From positions 1-38,316 of the forward strand of contig JBDOMQ010000406.1 in assembly GCA_039831725.1 (NCBI GenBank): a stretch of DNA of 38,316 bases. The letters are read 5' to 3'. The notes beneath the pieces were generated by a model. That model worked only from the letters and a program-made list of their open reading frames with translations, made no database searches and had not been told where the DNA came from. This document shows, piece after piece, positions 27,118-36,119 of the stretch. The translations under genes were made by a program, and so were the position numbers. How positions within the stretch are numbered: position 1 is the first letter of the stretch; each line of letters starts with the position of its first letter. The DNA comes from Pirellulales bacterium. GTDB taxonomy: Bacteria > Planctomycetota > Planctomycetia > Pirellulales > UBA1268.

Positions 27118-28347
27118 ATGTTCGATCTGCTCTTTATAGGCAATCCCGCAATTGATAAAGCGATTGCTGAACCAGAAGACATGCCACAATCGCTCGTAGC
27201 CAGACTCCGTGGAGCACCTCTAAAAACTCTCGAAAAAACATACCGCCTCGCAATTGAATCGCAGGCACAAGGAATTGTTCTCTGTGGATCAATCATGGAC
27301 CCCGCTCGTGTGAGTCCAGCACAACTCGTTGCATTGCGTCAGTTGATTATCGAGGCTGCTGACCACGATTGCGAGACGCTCTGGGTAGCGACAAATCCAG
27401 CTGATGCCCAAGAATACTTACGCATGCTGGGTGAACCGAAGGGACTCTCTTTTGCCAGCTCTCTCCGCCCCTGGACCAAAACTATTCGTTCTACAACCGT
27501 TGAACTATGGGCTGTTTCTACTGAAGCAGATATCGAGAGAATCGCTACTCAGAGTTCATTTGAGCCTCTCCATCGGCAAATCATTGTTGGCTCGGATACG
27601 TGCCCGGACAATGATCACGACAATGATCACTCTGTGCAATCGTTTCTATCGTCTAGTCATTTGTTACAGCCTAACACGTTGGCTGTCTGGGCAACGCAAT
27701 CCTCTTCGTCACTACCTCAGCATGTTTTTCCACTTCCAAGCATTCAATCACGTCGACAAACGGACTCACTGAACACTGGTTGCTATGGGCTTACGTTCTA
27801 TAGGCCACAATTTGATGGTGACAGTGATTCTCATTTGGGAAATAAATGTACAGTCGATCAGTGGAAAAAACTTCCAGTAAGTGAAGTTATCTGGCGAACT
27901 CTTCATATCGAATCAGCCGATGAGGACCATGAAGCACTTTCCCAACTCCTCTGGGAAGCCTGCCAGGGTTTGTTGGGTACCGTCGTACCAGAAGTCGACG
28001 AGACAATAGCAGCGAGTCCACTCGTCATCATAGACTGCAAAATAGCATGCGGAACCAGCATAACCCGACGACTCGAGGTCAATGAAATAGCCCCAGAGAC
28101 GAAAAGAATTCTTCGTGAACGATGCGCTGCGGCATCTCCGCATATTTGGATACAAACTATCTCTGCTGACGTTGAAGAGCCACTTGCGGCCCTTGGGCGC
28201 AACCGTTCTGGAGGACGTCCGGGTGCAAGCAACTCTTTCACATCTGCTCTCGCCGACCTCGTAACAGAGGCCGAAACGGCGTCTCCTGAGACAACGGTCC
28301 AACGTGAAGCTGGTTGGCTGGCACTTGAACTTCTCGAAAGTGAATAA
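27118..28347 (+). CDS. YhaO/SbcD-like calcineurin-fold protein with apparently degenerate metal-binding motifs
   Basis: 409 aa from the ATG at 27118. It sits immediately upstream of a YhaN/SbcC-like ATPase, which is the canonical nuclease-ATPase gene order, and its size matches YhaO-type partners. The strand pattern is LLFIGNPAID ... IVLCGSIMDP ... LWVATNPAD, at the places where metallophosphoesterases have D-x-H, G-D-x-x-D and G-N-H-D/E. Homology is inferred, not verified. Confidence 0.5.
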   Translation: MFDLLFIGNPAIDKAIAEPEDMPQSLVARLRGAPLKTLEKTYRLAIESQAQGIVLCGSIMDPARVSPAQLVALRQLIIEAADHDCETLWVATNPADAQEYLRMLGEPKGLSFASSLRPWTKTIRSTTVELWAVSTEADIERIATQSSFEPLHRQIIVGSDTCPDNDHDNDHSVQSFLSSSHLLQPNTLAVWATQSSSSLPQHVFPLPSIQSRRQTDSLNTGCYGLTFYRPQFDGDSDSHLGNKCTVDQWKKLPVSEVIWRTLHIESADEDHEALSQLLWEACQGLLGTVVPEVDETIAASPLVIIDCKIACGTSITRRLEVNEIAPETKRILRERCAAASPHIWIQTISADVEEPLAALGRNRSGGRPGASNSFTSALADLVTEAETASPETTVQREAGWLALELLESE

Positions 28348-28420
28348 AGGAGCAAAAGATGCAGCCACAGAGGAAAAGTAAGTAGAACGCCAGCGCGGCT
28401 ACCTTCAAGGAACTTTATTC

Positions 28421-31400
28421 ATGCATATTGAGCAACTTGAAATTGAATGCTTCGGAGGACTGCAACAAGTCAGCCTAAAAGACTTAGGTCAGGGCGTCGA
28501 AGTTATTCACGGCACTAATGAAATCGGGAAAACATCATTACTCGAATTCATCCGAGCCGTGTTTTTTGGGTTTGAGGGATTATTTAGACGAGGTGTTCTT
28601 GATCCAAAACTTCCTTGCAGCGGCCGACTTATTGTTGTGACGGGAAAAGGCCCTCGGGGCAAACGAGAACGTCATCGTTTCATTATTGAACGCCGCCACG
28701 AAGGACCTGGCATCGCATCACTCACAAGAGAAAGTTACGAAGACGACATCGTTGGGCTCGGTGGTGACGAGGGAGATAGTATCACTGTAGAGCAACTTGA
28801 TGGCACCAGCACAGATGCTCAACGCATCTATCTTCAGGACATCGTAGGCGACATTGACGAAGCCACGTTTACAAGCGTTATGGCCTTTGGACTCGACGAA
28901 CTCCATGAACTTCGCACACTTGAACCGGAAGGGTGTGGGAGTCGGTTGTATGAACTCGCAAATGGTCTTGATCGATCACGAGTGGCAAGAACTATTAGGC
29001 AGATCGAAGAAGCCCTTCAACGACTTGCACAAGGAGATGATGAGAAAACACCACGGCAGCTTCTTATCGAAAAACGAGATGCATTACGAAAAGCCAAAAG
29101 CGACACGCAATCTAAATATTATGTTGGAGACCTCTTCATTGAGCACACCAAAGTCAAACGGGAAATAGCAAGCCTTGAAAAGGCTGTAACCAACGCCGCT
29201 GCTACAGAAAGCCTTGCACGTGACGCTCTGCCAACAAGCCAGTTACGGCACGCATGGCAAGAACTCTCTGGCGAACTCGAGTTACTCAAAAAAGTTGCTT
29301 TGGTGCACCCTGACTTCGATGGATGGCAACACGACATAAAAAAGCGAAAACAAATTTCACGTGTTGTAAAGAAGCGATTAAATGAAAGAAGGAGACTTGC
29401 CCGAGAACTCGCAAGCTATGACACAAAGACCGCTGTCTGGAAAAAACGTGTTGAAATTAAGAGCCTCCTGGAGGATCGTTCCCAGATAGAACGACTCATC
29501 GCCGACGTTACTCGAACCGAAGCTCATGCAACGCTTGCAGCCCGTCGTTTTGGGGAGCAGATCGGACTCTGCGGACTCACAAAAGTCATCTCTGTTGAAG
29601 ATCCACAAACCAATGACGTCGGCATGGCTGTTGTCTTACCTGAGGGTCTTTCGCTTTCATTCGGCCCGCTACGAAATAGGGCACGAAACTGTAAACGTGC
29701 GTCTCGTGCGGTCGCTTCTGCTCGTAAGCAGGTTGCCCGAGCACGGTCGGAACTCGCTAAGGCTGAACAACAAATTGACAAAGATCGAGGAGCACTCAGT
29801 GGCTCAACTCTCGCTGCAGCTCTCGAAGCAGCTACAGAGCAGTCTGCGGCAATCCGTAAACGAATAAGTGCGGGTGAACGACTGAATGAACTGCACCAGA
29901 CAATCACACAACTTGAGCAGGAAATGGGCAAACAGCTTGCCAGCCAGGTAATGCCATTAAGCTGGCTGCTTGGGCTCGGCAGCATATTTGTTGTTGGAGC
30001 TGGAATGCTGCTATCTGGCCTCCTGTTACCATCAGTTGTAACAGGACCACTTGCTTACGTCATCGCGGCGCTCGGTCTTGCAGGCACTGGTGTGGCCTCC
30101 GTAATGACCTGGACGCTTGACAAGTCCTCAGGAGCGAGGCTTGGAGAAACACGTCGGCAGCACGCACTTGCACTAAAGCAGCATAAAGATGTTACCGCTC
30201 AATGCGAAACACTCGACACCAAAATCTCAAAACCCTCACGTCAGTTCTCATATTCCAGCAAAGAAGTAAATGATTCACAGCAAGAATTTGCTACTGCATC
30301 ACAAACCAGTCTCGAGCGACGCGCCGCAAGGGCAGATGCTGAAATCATTCGGCTGGAGCACATGGCAACCTACGAGGGAGTCCTTCGTAGCCATAAGGAT
30401 CGCATCTCTAAATCTAAGGAGAAATTAAAGCTGGCTTTCAGTCGAAGAAAGAAAAGCGTTGCACGCTGGCAAAAATCTCTCGAGCACAGAGGACTACCTA
30501 ACACGTTAAGCCCCTCAGAAGTCTGGCGAATTGGCACACACCGCCACGAACTCCTTACGCTCGACGACGACCGGAGGCGACTTTCCGACGAGGCCCGTCA
30601 TAAACGGGAAGAATTAGCTGCTACTTCGAGACGAATTGAAGCGATGCTTGTTGATTGTGAACTCCTGCCAGAAGGCACTTCACTCGATCAGCTTCAGCAA
30701 CTCGATGACCTTTTGAACAAACAGCGGCTACTCCACGACCGACAAAAAACATGTGCTCGCAAGCTCGAGAGGGCGAGGATTCGCCATCGGCAAGCAATTC
30801 GCCAACTGAAGGTATGCGATCGTACACTCAAAGCGAGGCTCGAACGGTGGGATGCAGCAACTGAAGAAATATTTCTCTCCAAGACTGATCGCCGGCCATA
30901 TTTTGATGAGCTTACGGAAAAGACTCGTATTGCAGAGCGAACATGGCGAGACGGCAGGAGTCGATTCGAAGACCCGACGCTACTTGATACATGGATCGAG
31001 CAAGCGTCTAAAATTTCTTTTGAACAGCGACTGTCTGATGCTGAAACGGCAACAAAAGAACTGCGTGAGAGCCTTCGTATCCAGAAAACTAGACTTGGCG
31101 AAATTGAGCAAGAAATTCAACTGGCTGGGAAAAACAAGAGCTCAGAAACAATTCAGCAGCAAGTTGCTGTAGTTGATGATCAAATAGCCGCACATGATCA
31201 ACGCATCGATCTACTCACATCCACCCGCGAAATTTTAGAACGCACCCGTGCGGAAGTGGCAAGGCACCACCAACCCGCTGCGCTTATTGAAGCTTCTTAC
31301 TGGCTCACTCGACTTACAGAAGGCCGATACGTTCAAATCACTACGGCGGCTGATGAAGCTCGGCTTGATGTCCATGACGCTGCTGGTGCAATCTGGAACC

Positions 31401-31732
31401 CGGAACGACTCAGCCGAGGTACTCGAGAACAGGTTTTTCTCGCTCTACGACTCGCCCTTGTACGTGACCTACACGAACATGGCATTACACTTCCCGTGGT
31501 TATGGATGACGCCTTGGTTAACTTCGATGATCAACGTGCCAAAGCCGCATCACGCACTCTTGTTGAATTTATGAATGATCGCAACGGTGATCACCAAATG
31601 CTGGTTCTCACCTGCCATGCTCACGTCGCCACACTCTTTCGAGCAGCAAAAGCAACCGTTCGTACTCTTGGTTCAAAACAAATTTCAGGTGACAGAACAG
31701 AAGGCGACGCTCTGCCACAAGAGTCTTGCTGA
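28421..31732 (+). CDS. SMC/Rad50-like AAA ATPase of the YhaN (SbcE, AAA_27/COG4717) type with a central transmembrane hairpin
   Basis: 1103 aa. The N-terminal head is MHIEQLEIECFGGL...VIHGTNEIGKTSLLEFI (Walker A). The C-terminal head is LSRGTREQVFLALRLAL (signature), LPVVMDDALVNFDD (Walker B/D-loop) and MLVLTCH (H-loop). Long heptad-like, charged regions lie on both sides of two TM helices at residues 513-565. There is no CxxC zinc hook anywhere in the protein. Confidence 0.85.
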   Translation: MHIEQLEIECFGGLQQVSLKDLGQGVEVIHGTNEIGKTSLLEFIRAVFFGFEGLFRRGVLDPKLPCSGRLIVVTGKGPRGKRERHRFIIERRHEGPGIASLTRESYEDDIVGLGGDEGDSITVEQLDGTSTDAQRIYLQDIVGDIDEATFTSVMAFGLDELHELRTLEPEGCGSRLYELANGLDRSRVARTIRQIEEALQRLAQGDDEKTPRQLLIEKRDALRKAKSDTQSKYYVGDLFIEHTKVKREIASLEKAVTNAAATESLARDALPTSQLRHAWQELSGELELLKKVALVHPDFDGWQHDIKKRKQISRVVKKRLNERRRLARELASYDTKTAVWKKRVEIKSLLEDRSQIERLIADVTRTEAHATLAARRFGEQIGLCGLTKVISVEDPQTNDVGMAVVLPEGLSLSFGPLRNRARNCKRASRAVASARKQVARARSELAKAEQQIDKDRGALSGSTLAAALEAATEQSAAIRKRISAGERLNELHQTITQLEQEMGKQLASQVMPLSWLLGLGSIFVVGAGMLLSGLLLPSVVTGPLAYVIAALGLAGTGVASVMTWTLDKSSGARLGETRRQHALALKQHKDVTAQCETLDTKISKPSRQFSYSSKEVNDSQQEFATASQTSLERRAARADAEIIRLEHMATYEGVLRSHKDRISKSKEKLKLAFSRRKKSVARWQKSLEHRGLPNTLSPSEVWRIGTHRHELLTLDDDRRRLSDEARHKREELAATSRRIEAMLVDCELLPEGTSLDQLQQLDDLLNKQRLLHDRQKTCARKLERARIRHRQAIRQLKVCDRTLKARLERWDAATEEIFLSKTDRRPYFDELTEKTRIAERTWRDGRSRFEDPTLLDTWIEQASKISFEQRLSDAETATKELRESLRIQKTRLGEIEQEIQLAGKNKSSETIQQQVAVVDDQIAAHDQRIDLLTSTREILERTRAEVARHHQPAALIEASYWLTRLTEGRYVQITTAADEARLDVHDAAGAIWNPERLSRGTREQVFLALRLALVRDLHEHGITLPVVMDDALVNFDDQRAKAASRTLVEFMNDRNGDHQMLVLTCHAHVATLFRAAKATVRTLGSKQISGDRTEGDALPQESC
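29957..30115 (+). other. transmembrane hairpin at the midpoint of the SMC-like ATPase
   Basis: LSWLLGLGSIFVVGAGMLLSGLLL - PSVVTG - PLAYVIAALGLAGTGVASVMTWT, residues 513-565 of 1103, which places it at the apex of the predicted coiled coil. Confidence 0.7.
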
Positions 31733-31836
31733 TTTGAAGAATACTTCTTTGGTGCTGCAGAACAAACAAATTGAATTTGGTTCTACCCACGCATCTAGAT
31801 GTTCAGAAGCAAACTCGCCGGTGGCATGAGTGTAAA

Positions 31837-32310
31837 CTACCCTGCCCCGGAAATATCAGGAATACGTTCTCGGACCAACGACAGGTACCGTGCTCGCATC
31901 CCCCCGAGAAGAATACCAAGATAGGCATTGCCACCAAGTGAAAGAAAAAGCGCAATCAACGAACCAACCAAGAGTGACCACGGCTTGCTTTCCTGATCAG
32001 GGATGATCGTACCGACATCTCCCTCAACCATAGCAGTTCCAGCTGGTGTCACTTTGGGGCGCGACGCTGCTTCTATAACTGTTCGTTCTACAGCTGCCGG
32101 CCAGCGATCCGCGACATAAATACACACCCTTCTAACGTCTCGTTCATCAACTGGAATATCACTAGTGAAGGTGTACGGGCTTCGGCCGGAAACCAGATCG
32201 GGTTCGACTCTGACTAAGTACTCTCCTCCCCCGTCATCAGTTGGTACGAATGCTGTCTCAATTCCGGTAGCTAACATTGCTGCTGCCAGTGTTAGTAATT
32301 CGATGAACAT
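31837..32310 (-). CDS. small exported/anchored hypothetical protein
   Basis: 157 aa. A GAGGAA RBS precedes the start. It has an N-terminal hydrophobic segment (MFIELLTLAAAMLATGI), a soluble domain of about 95 aa, a C-terminal TM helix (WSLLVGSLIALFLSLGGNAYLGILLGG) and a basic tail. It lies 63 nt downstream of the AI-2E transporter gene on the same strand. Confidence 0.5.
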   Translation of the reverse strand: MFIELLTLAAAMLATGIETAFVPTDDGGGEYLVRVEPDLVSGRSPYTFTSDIPVDERDVRRVCIYVADRWPAAVERTVIEAASRPKVTPAGTAMVEGDVGTIIPDQESKPWSLLVGSLIALFLSLGGNAYLGILLGGMRARYLSLVRERIPDISGAG

Positions 32311-32373
32311 AGCTGTTCCTCACAAAAGTTATCGATCAGAGATTTGTTAAATCTACTAGGACTGACTAAAAAA

Positions 32374-33447
32374 TCAGTAGCTGTTTTCCGGCGAGACTGT
32401 TGCTTCCTTCTCTGGCATGTGATCTGAAAGCGTATCAAGTTCAGTCTGTAACATAGTCAAGGCTGCTTGCAAGAATGCAACTGCAATAGGGCCAACAAAG
32501 ACTCCTATGGGCCCTAAAGCACCAACTCCACCAAGAATACTCAGCAGAGCAAGCAGCGGATGGAGCTTTGACTGCCCCTGCAAAACGTATGGTTTGATGA
32601 TGTTGTCGACTGTTGAAACCACCAAGGCACCCCATAATGCGAGACCAAGAGCTGCCCACGTACTCTTTGCAAAGAAGAGCAAATAAAGGCTGGCCGAACC
32701 CCAAACTGCTGCAGCACCAACAAATGGTATAAGAGCACCAAAAAATGTAAGGAGTGTAAGTAGAAAAACAGCCTGGAGTTCTGCGACATAAAAACCAAAC
32801 CCTGCCAGGATGGCCTGGACTATCGCAGCCAATAACGTCGAACTCACTACAGCACGACTTACCTCTTCAAATTCTGTTAAAAACTGCCACTGGTACCGCT
32901 GATCGAGAGGGATTAGTCGTGTGACCGCATCAAACATTCTTGCTCCATCAGCTAGAAAGTAGAATAGTGCGACAGTCATAACAATCACTCCGATAATCAA
33001 CTTTGCTGCCACGACTGGAGCACGAGTCGCAATCGGACCAAAAAAGTTCTCTGCCACTTTTTTCAACTCTGTATTGATGTCATCGGCGGTGAGAGAAAGG
33101 CCCGTCGCTTCATTCACTGTTTCAATGAGTCCAGAAAGCACCGTTGGGTCAAGCCGCATTCCATTAGGGCTTTGCGCCATTGCAATCGCATCTCCACCGG
33201 CTCGGACAACAAGGAGCGCGAGCGGGACAAGAACTATGAGCAAAACAAATGCTGTTGTAAGTCCAGCAGCAAACCACTCCTGGACCCCTAACTTCTGCCG
33301 CAACGCTCTGTACATAGGACCAAAAATCACGACAAGCATTGCAGCCAACAGAAGTGGCAATAGAAAAATGGACATGACTCTCAGTGAAAGCAGTCCAAAT
33401 ATCACCACCAGCCCAAGAATTACACTAAGAGAAATCAGACGTGTCAT
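32374..33447 (-). CDS. AI-2E family transporter (PerM/YdiK-like, UPF0118)
   Basis: 357 aa with about 8 TM helices. It has the typical family layout, including IPFVGAAAVWG..., VSTVDNIIKPYVLQGQSKLHPLLALLSILGGVGALGPIGVFVGP. Confidence 0.8.
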   Translation of the reverse strand: MTRLISLSVILGLVVIFGLLSLRVMSIFLLPLLLAAMLVVIFGPMYRALRQKLGVQEWFAAGLTTAFVLLIVLVPLALLVVRAGGDAIAMAQSPNGMRLDPTVLSGLIETVNEATGLSLTADDINTELKKVAENFFGPIATRAPVVAAKLIIGVIVMTVALFYFLADGARMFDAVTRLIPLDQRYQWQFLTEFEEVSRAVVSSTLLAAIVQAILAGFGFYVAELQAVFLLTLLTFFGALIPFVGAAAVWGSASLYLLFFAKSTWAALGLALWGALVVSTVDNIIKPYVLQGQSKLHPLLALLSILGGVGALGPIGVFVGPIAVAFLQAALTMLQTELDTLSDHMPEKEATVSPENSY

Positions 33448-33645
33448 GATGTTACGGAACTCTGGTTATGTACGTATTTTGGCCGATTTTCCCGACCACA
33501 GCCTACCGATTGTAAACTGGTCTCCTATCAAAGTGGGAAAAATCAATTTTTGACTCGTAGCAACTGACAATCCCGTGCAATACTAAGATTGAGCCACTAT
33601 ATCGCTGACTGCTGGTCTCCTCGACCCAGCCCTACCTTAATTTGC

Positions 33646-35961
33646 ATGACGTCAATCCACACAACTGATGGCCCTCAGGTCTCACTCGTTATTCCCATCC
33701 GTAATGAAGCGGGTAACATAGGCCCTTTAATAGAAGAGATTCGTACATCACTCGAAACAGCTGGGTTCTCTTGGGAAATTCTCGTTATCAATGATGGTTC
33801 CACTGATGGGTCAGCTCATGAAGTCGAATCTCTCTCGGGCAATGCCTCGCAAATTCATTTAATCCATCTTACAGATGGGCGAGGCAAATCTGCAGCTCTC
33901 TTAAGAGGATTCGCCAGCGTGCGGGGTAAAGCTGTCGTCATGCTTGACGGTGATGGTCAGGATGACCCGAGTGAAATCCCGAAAATGCTCACCCAACTGG
34001 GCCTAGCCCCTGATGGCCAGAAAGTTCCCCCGGCAGAAGCCGATCTTGTGAACGGATGGAAAACACCCCGGCTGGACCCTTGGCATAAAACAATGCCATC
34101 TCGAGTTTTTAATCTGCTTGTCAGCTGGCTTACAAACGTATCGCTTCACGATCACAATTGTGGGCTGAAAGCAATGCGTCGTGAAGTTGCTCAGCGACTA
34201 CCGCTAGCGACCGGCATGCACCGGTTTATACCTGTTCTGGCTGCAGCCTCAGGATACCGTATTATCGAACAGCCGGTTCATCACCGCCCACGCACCCAAG
34301 GAGTCTCCAAATATGGCGTTGGGCGTTTCTTCCGTGGACTGTTCGATCTCGGTTGTGTTTGGCTTAAGCTACAGACTGGTCAACTCTGCACAGCAAGCCA
34401 GAAGAATTCTCTACCCGATCCTACCGCTGGTCTTAGGAAATTCATGTATGTGCTTCTTGCTCTCATTGCATGTAGCAGCGTTCTTGGCCGAATCACTACG
34501 ATTACAACAACAGATCGATTAGCGCTGGAGAAGAGGTTAGTGCAAGAAGCCGTTCAGAGACGAACGGCAAGCAGTGCAACTCCGCTCACACCTGCCAAAG
34601 AGTTTGCTCTAAAACAAGAACTGTCCAATCGCATCCGACGTGAAAAGGGGCTTTTCCGTCCCTTTCTTTCAGCGAATGATCGCAGCCGGTGGCTGACGAT
34701 TCGAAGCCTTGCAGAACGTGGGACGTTTGCGATCGAAGACCTTGCTGCAGAACCTGGATGGGACACAATCGACGCAGTCGTTCATCCAGACAAAAATGGA
34801 AAATTGCACCTGTATTCAAGCAAGCCACCACTCCTTTCTGTTCTGCTTGCGGGGCCCTACTGGTTACTTGTCCAAGCAACAGGATGGACTCTCGGCGACC
34901 ATCCATTTCTTCTTGGTCGTTTCATGCTGGTTCTTTACGGACTAGTTCCTTTGGGAGTTACCATTCTCGCATCGTGTAGCTGTATCGAACTTATTGGCAC
35001 AACCGATCGAGGAAAAATCTGGTCTGCAGCGACCATTGCCTTTGGCACACTCCTTACAACATTTGCTGTGGCACTAACCAATCACTCTTTCGCTGCCGCG
35101 TGCACTGCAATAAGTCTTTACTGTGTTTTGGTTGTTACCAAAACACAAGGGCGTTCTTGGTTCCTTTTTGCAGCAGCCGGCCTGACCGCTGGCCTTGCCG
35201 CAGCTTTTGATCTTCCTGCGCTTGCTTGGACTATGACTGTCATAGGAATCCTAGCTGCATTCGACTGGCGACAGACTGCCTGTGCCACTCTTCCGGCAGT
35301 GCTTATTGTTTTGGTTGCGGCCCTTGGAACAAATGTTCTTGCTCATGGCTCGGCATGGCCGCCATACGCATTTCGTACCGCACCGACTCCTTCTGAAATT
35401 TCAATAAAACGCAACGAAATACAGACTCCTGTAAATCAATGGAACCCAGAAAATTGGTATGACTATCGATTCAAAATGCCGAACGGCCGAGTGGTTGAAA
35501 GCTATTGGCGATCACCAGGTGGTATCGACCGTGGTGAGACATCGATTACTCGGTATGCGTTTCACGCAATCATTGGACACCATGGAATATTTTCGCTCAC
35601 ACCTGTTTGGCTCCTCGTCCTGCCTGGCCTCATCTTTATGCTAAGGAGACCTGGGCATGGATGGCAGATTTTATCTGTGGCTATTATCGCTGTTTCAGTC
35701 ACTGTCATTCTCTTTTACTTGACCCGACAGCCGTGGGACCGCAACTATGGTGGATCAACCAGTGGGTTCCGTTGGGTATTTTGGTTGGCACCAATTTGGA
35801 TCTCTTCTCTTACACCAGCAGCTGATCGTATGGCTGCCAGCAGGACCGGTTACTCGGTCTTACTATTACTTCTTGGGCTTTCGGTATTGTCCGTTGCAGC
35901 ACCCACATGGAACCCATGGACACACCCCTGGCTCTACCAGCTGTTCAATTATCCGGGATAA
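33646..35961 (+). CDS. fusion glycosyltransferase: N-terminal GT2 (polyprenyl-phosphate glycosyltransferase-like) + C-terminal polytopic GT-C (ArnT/PMT-like) domain
   Basis: 772 aa from the ATG at 33646 (ORF open to a TTG at 33589). The GT2 part has VSLVIPIRNEAGNIGPLIEE...EILVINDGSTDGS...VVMLDGDGQDDPSEIP (DxD region). Then come TM helices and a first-loop motif, SANDRSRWLTIRSLAERGTF, that resembles the D-E-x-R-Y...G-x-W loop of ArnT/PMT GT-C enzymes. About 10 further TM segments follow. Confidence 0.7.
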   Translation: MTSIHTTDGPQVSLVIPIRNEAGNIGPLIEEIRTSLETAGFSWEILVINDGSTDGSAHEVESLSGNASQIHLIHLTDGRGKSAALLRGFASVRGKAVVMLDGDGQDDPSEIPKMLTQLGLAPDGQKVPPAEADLVNGWKTPRLDPWHKTMPSRVFNLLVSWLTNVSLHDHNCGLKAMRREVAQRLPLATGMHRFIPVLAAASGYRIIEQPVHHRPRTQGVSKYGVGRFFRGLFDLGCVWLKLQTGQLCTASQKNSLPDPTAGLRKFMYVLLALIACSSVLGRITTITTTDRLALEKRLVQEAVQRRTASSATPLTPAKEFALKQELSNRIRREKGLFRPFLSANDRSRWLTIRSLAERGTFAIEDLAAEPGWDTIDAVVHPDKNGKLHLYSSKPPLLSVLLAGPYWLLVQATGWTLGDHPFLLGRFMLVLYGLVPLGVTILASCSCIELIGTTDRGKIWSAATIAFGTLLTTFAVALTNHSFAAACTAISLYCVLVVTKTQGRSWFLFAAAGLTAGLAAAFDLPALAWTMTVIGILAAFDWRQTACATLPAVLIVLVAALGTNVLAHGSAWPPYAFRTAPTPSEISIKRNEIQTPVNQWNPENWYDYRFKMPNGRVVESYWRSPGGIDRGETSITRYAFHAIIGHHGIFSLTPVWLLVLPGLIFMLRRPGHGWQILSVAIIAVSVTVILFYLTRQPWDRNYGGSTSGFRWVFWLAPIWISSLTPAADRMAASRTGYSVLLLLLGLSVLSVAAPTWNPWTHPWLYQLFNYPG

Positions 35962-36119
35962 CCCCGACTTGTTACCTGCACGGACTACTCCCCTGATTCA
36001 GCAGGCAGCCCAACAACCGAAAAAACACCAAAACAAGTATGGGATCGATTACAGGATGGCAATAGACGTCCGAATGATTACGATATTGGTTCGCAATGTG
36101 TGCCGAGAGGATAACCACG

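Noticed and set aside
26113-31732. Interpreting the right-hand SMC-like ATPase region as a mobile defence island
   Set aside because: I found no integrase, transposase, tRNA attachment site, flanking direct repeats or obvious compositional shift, and the neighbours are housekeeping genes. I keep it as an unusual SbcCD-like module, not as a claimed defence system.
32201-32210. GGTTCGACTC, resembling a tRNA T-loop
   Set aside because: The flanking bases do not form a T-stem or acceptor stem, and the site lies inside the 31837..32310 coding frame. I saw no tRNA-like cloverleaf in any intergenic region.
3267-33553. Other long antisense or shadow ORFs (3267..3767, 4678..5169, 24993..25412, 27903..28368, 29524..29985, 33074..33553)
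   Set aside because: Each is nested in a gene with clear family motifs on the opposite strand, and each has Arg/Ser/Ala-rich low-complexity composition. I treat them as shadow ORFs.
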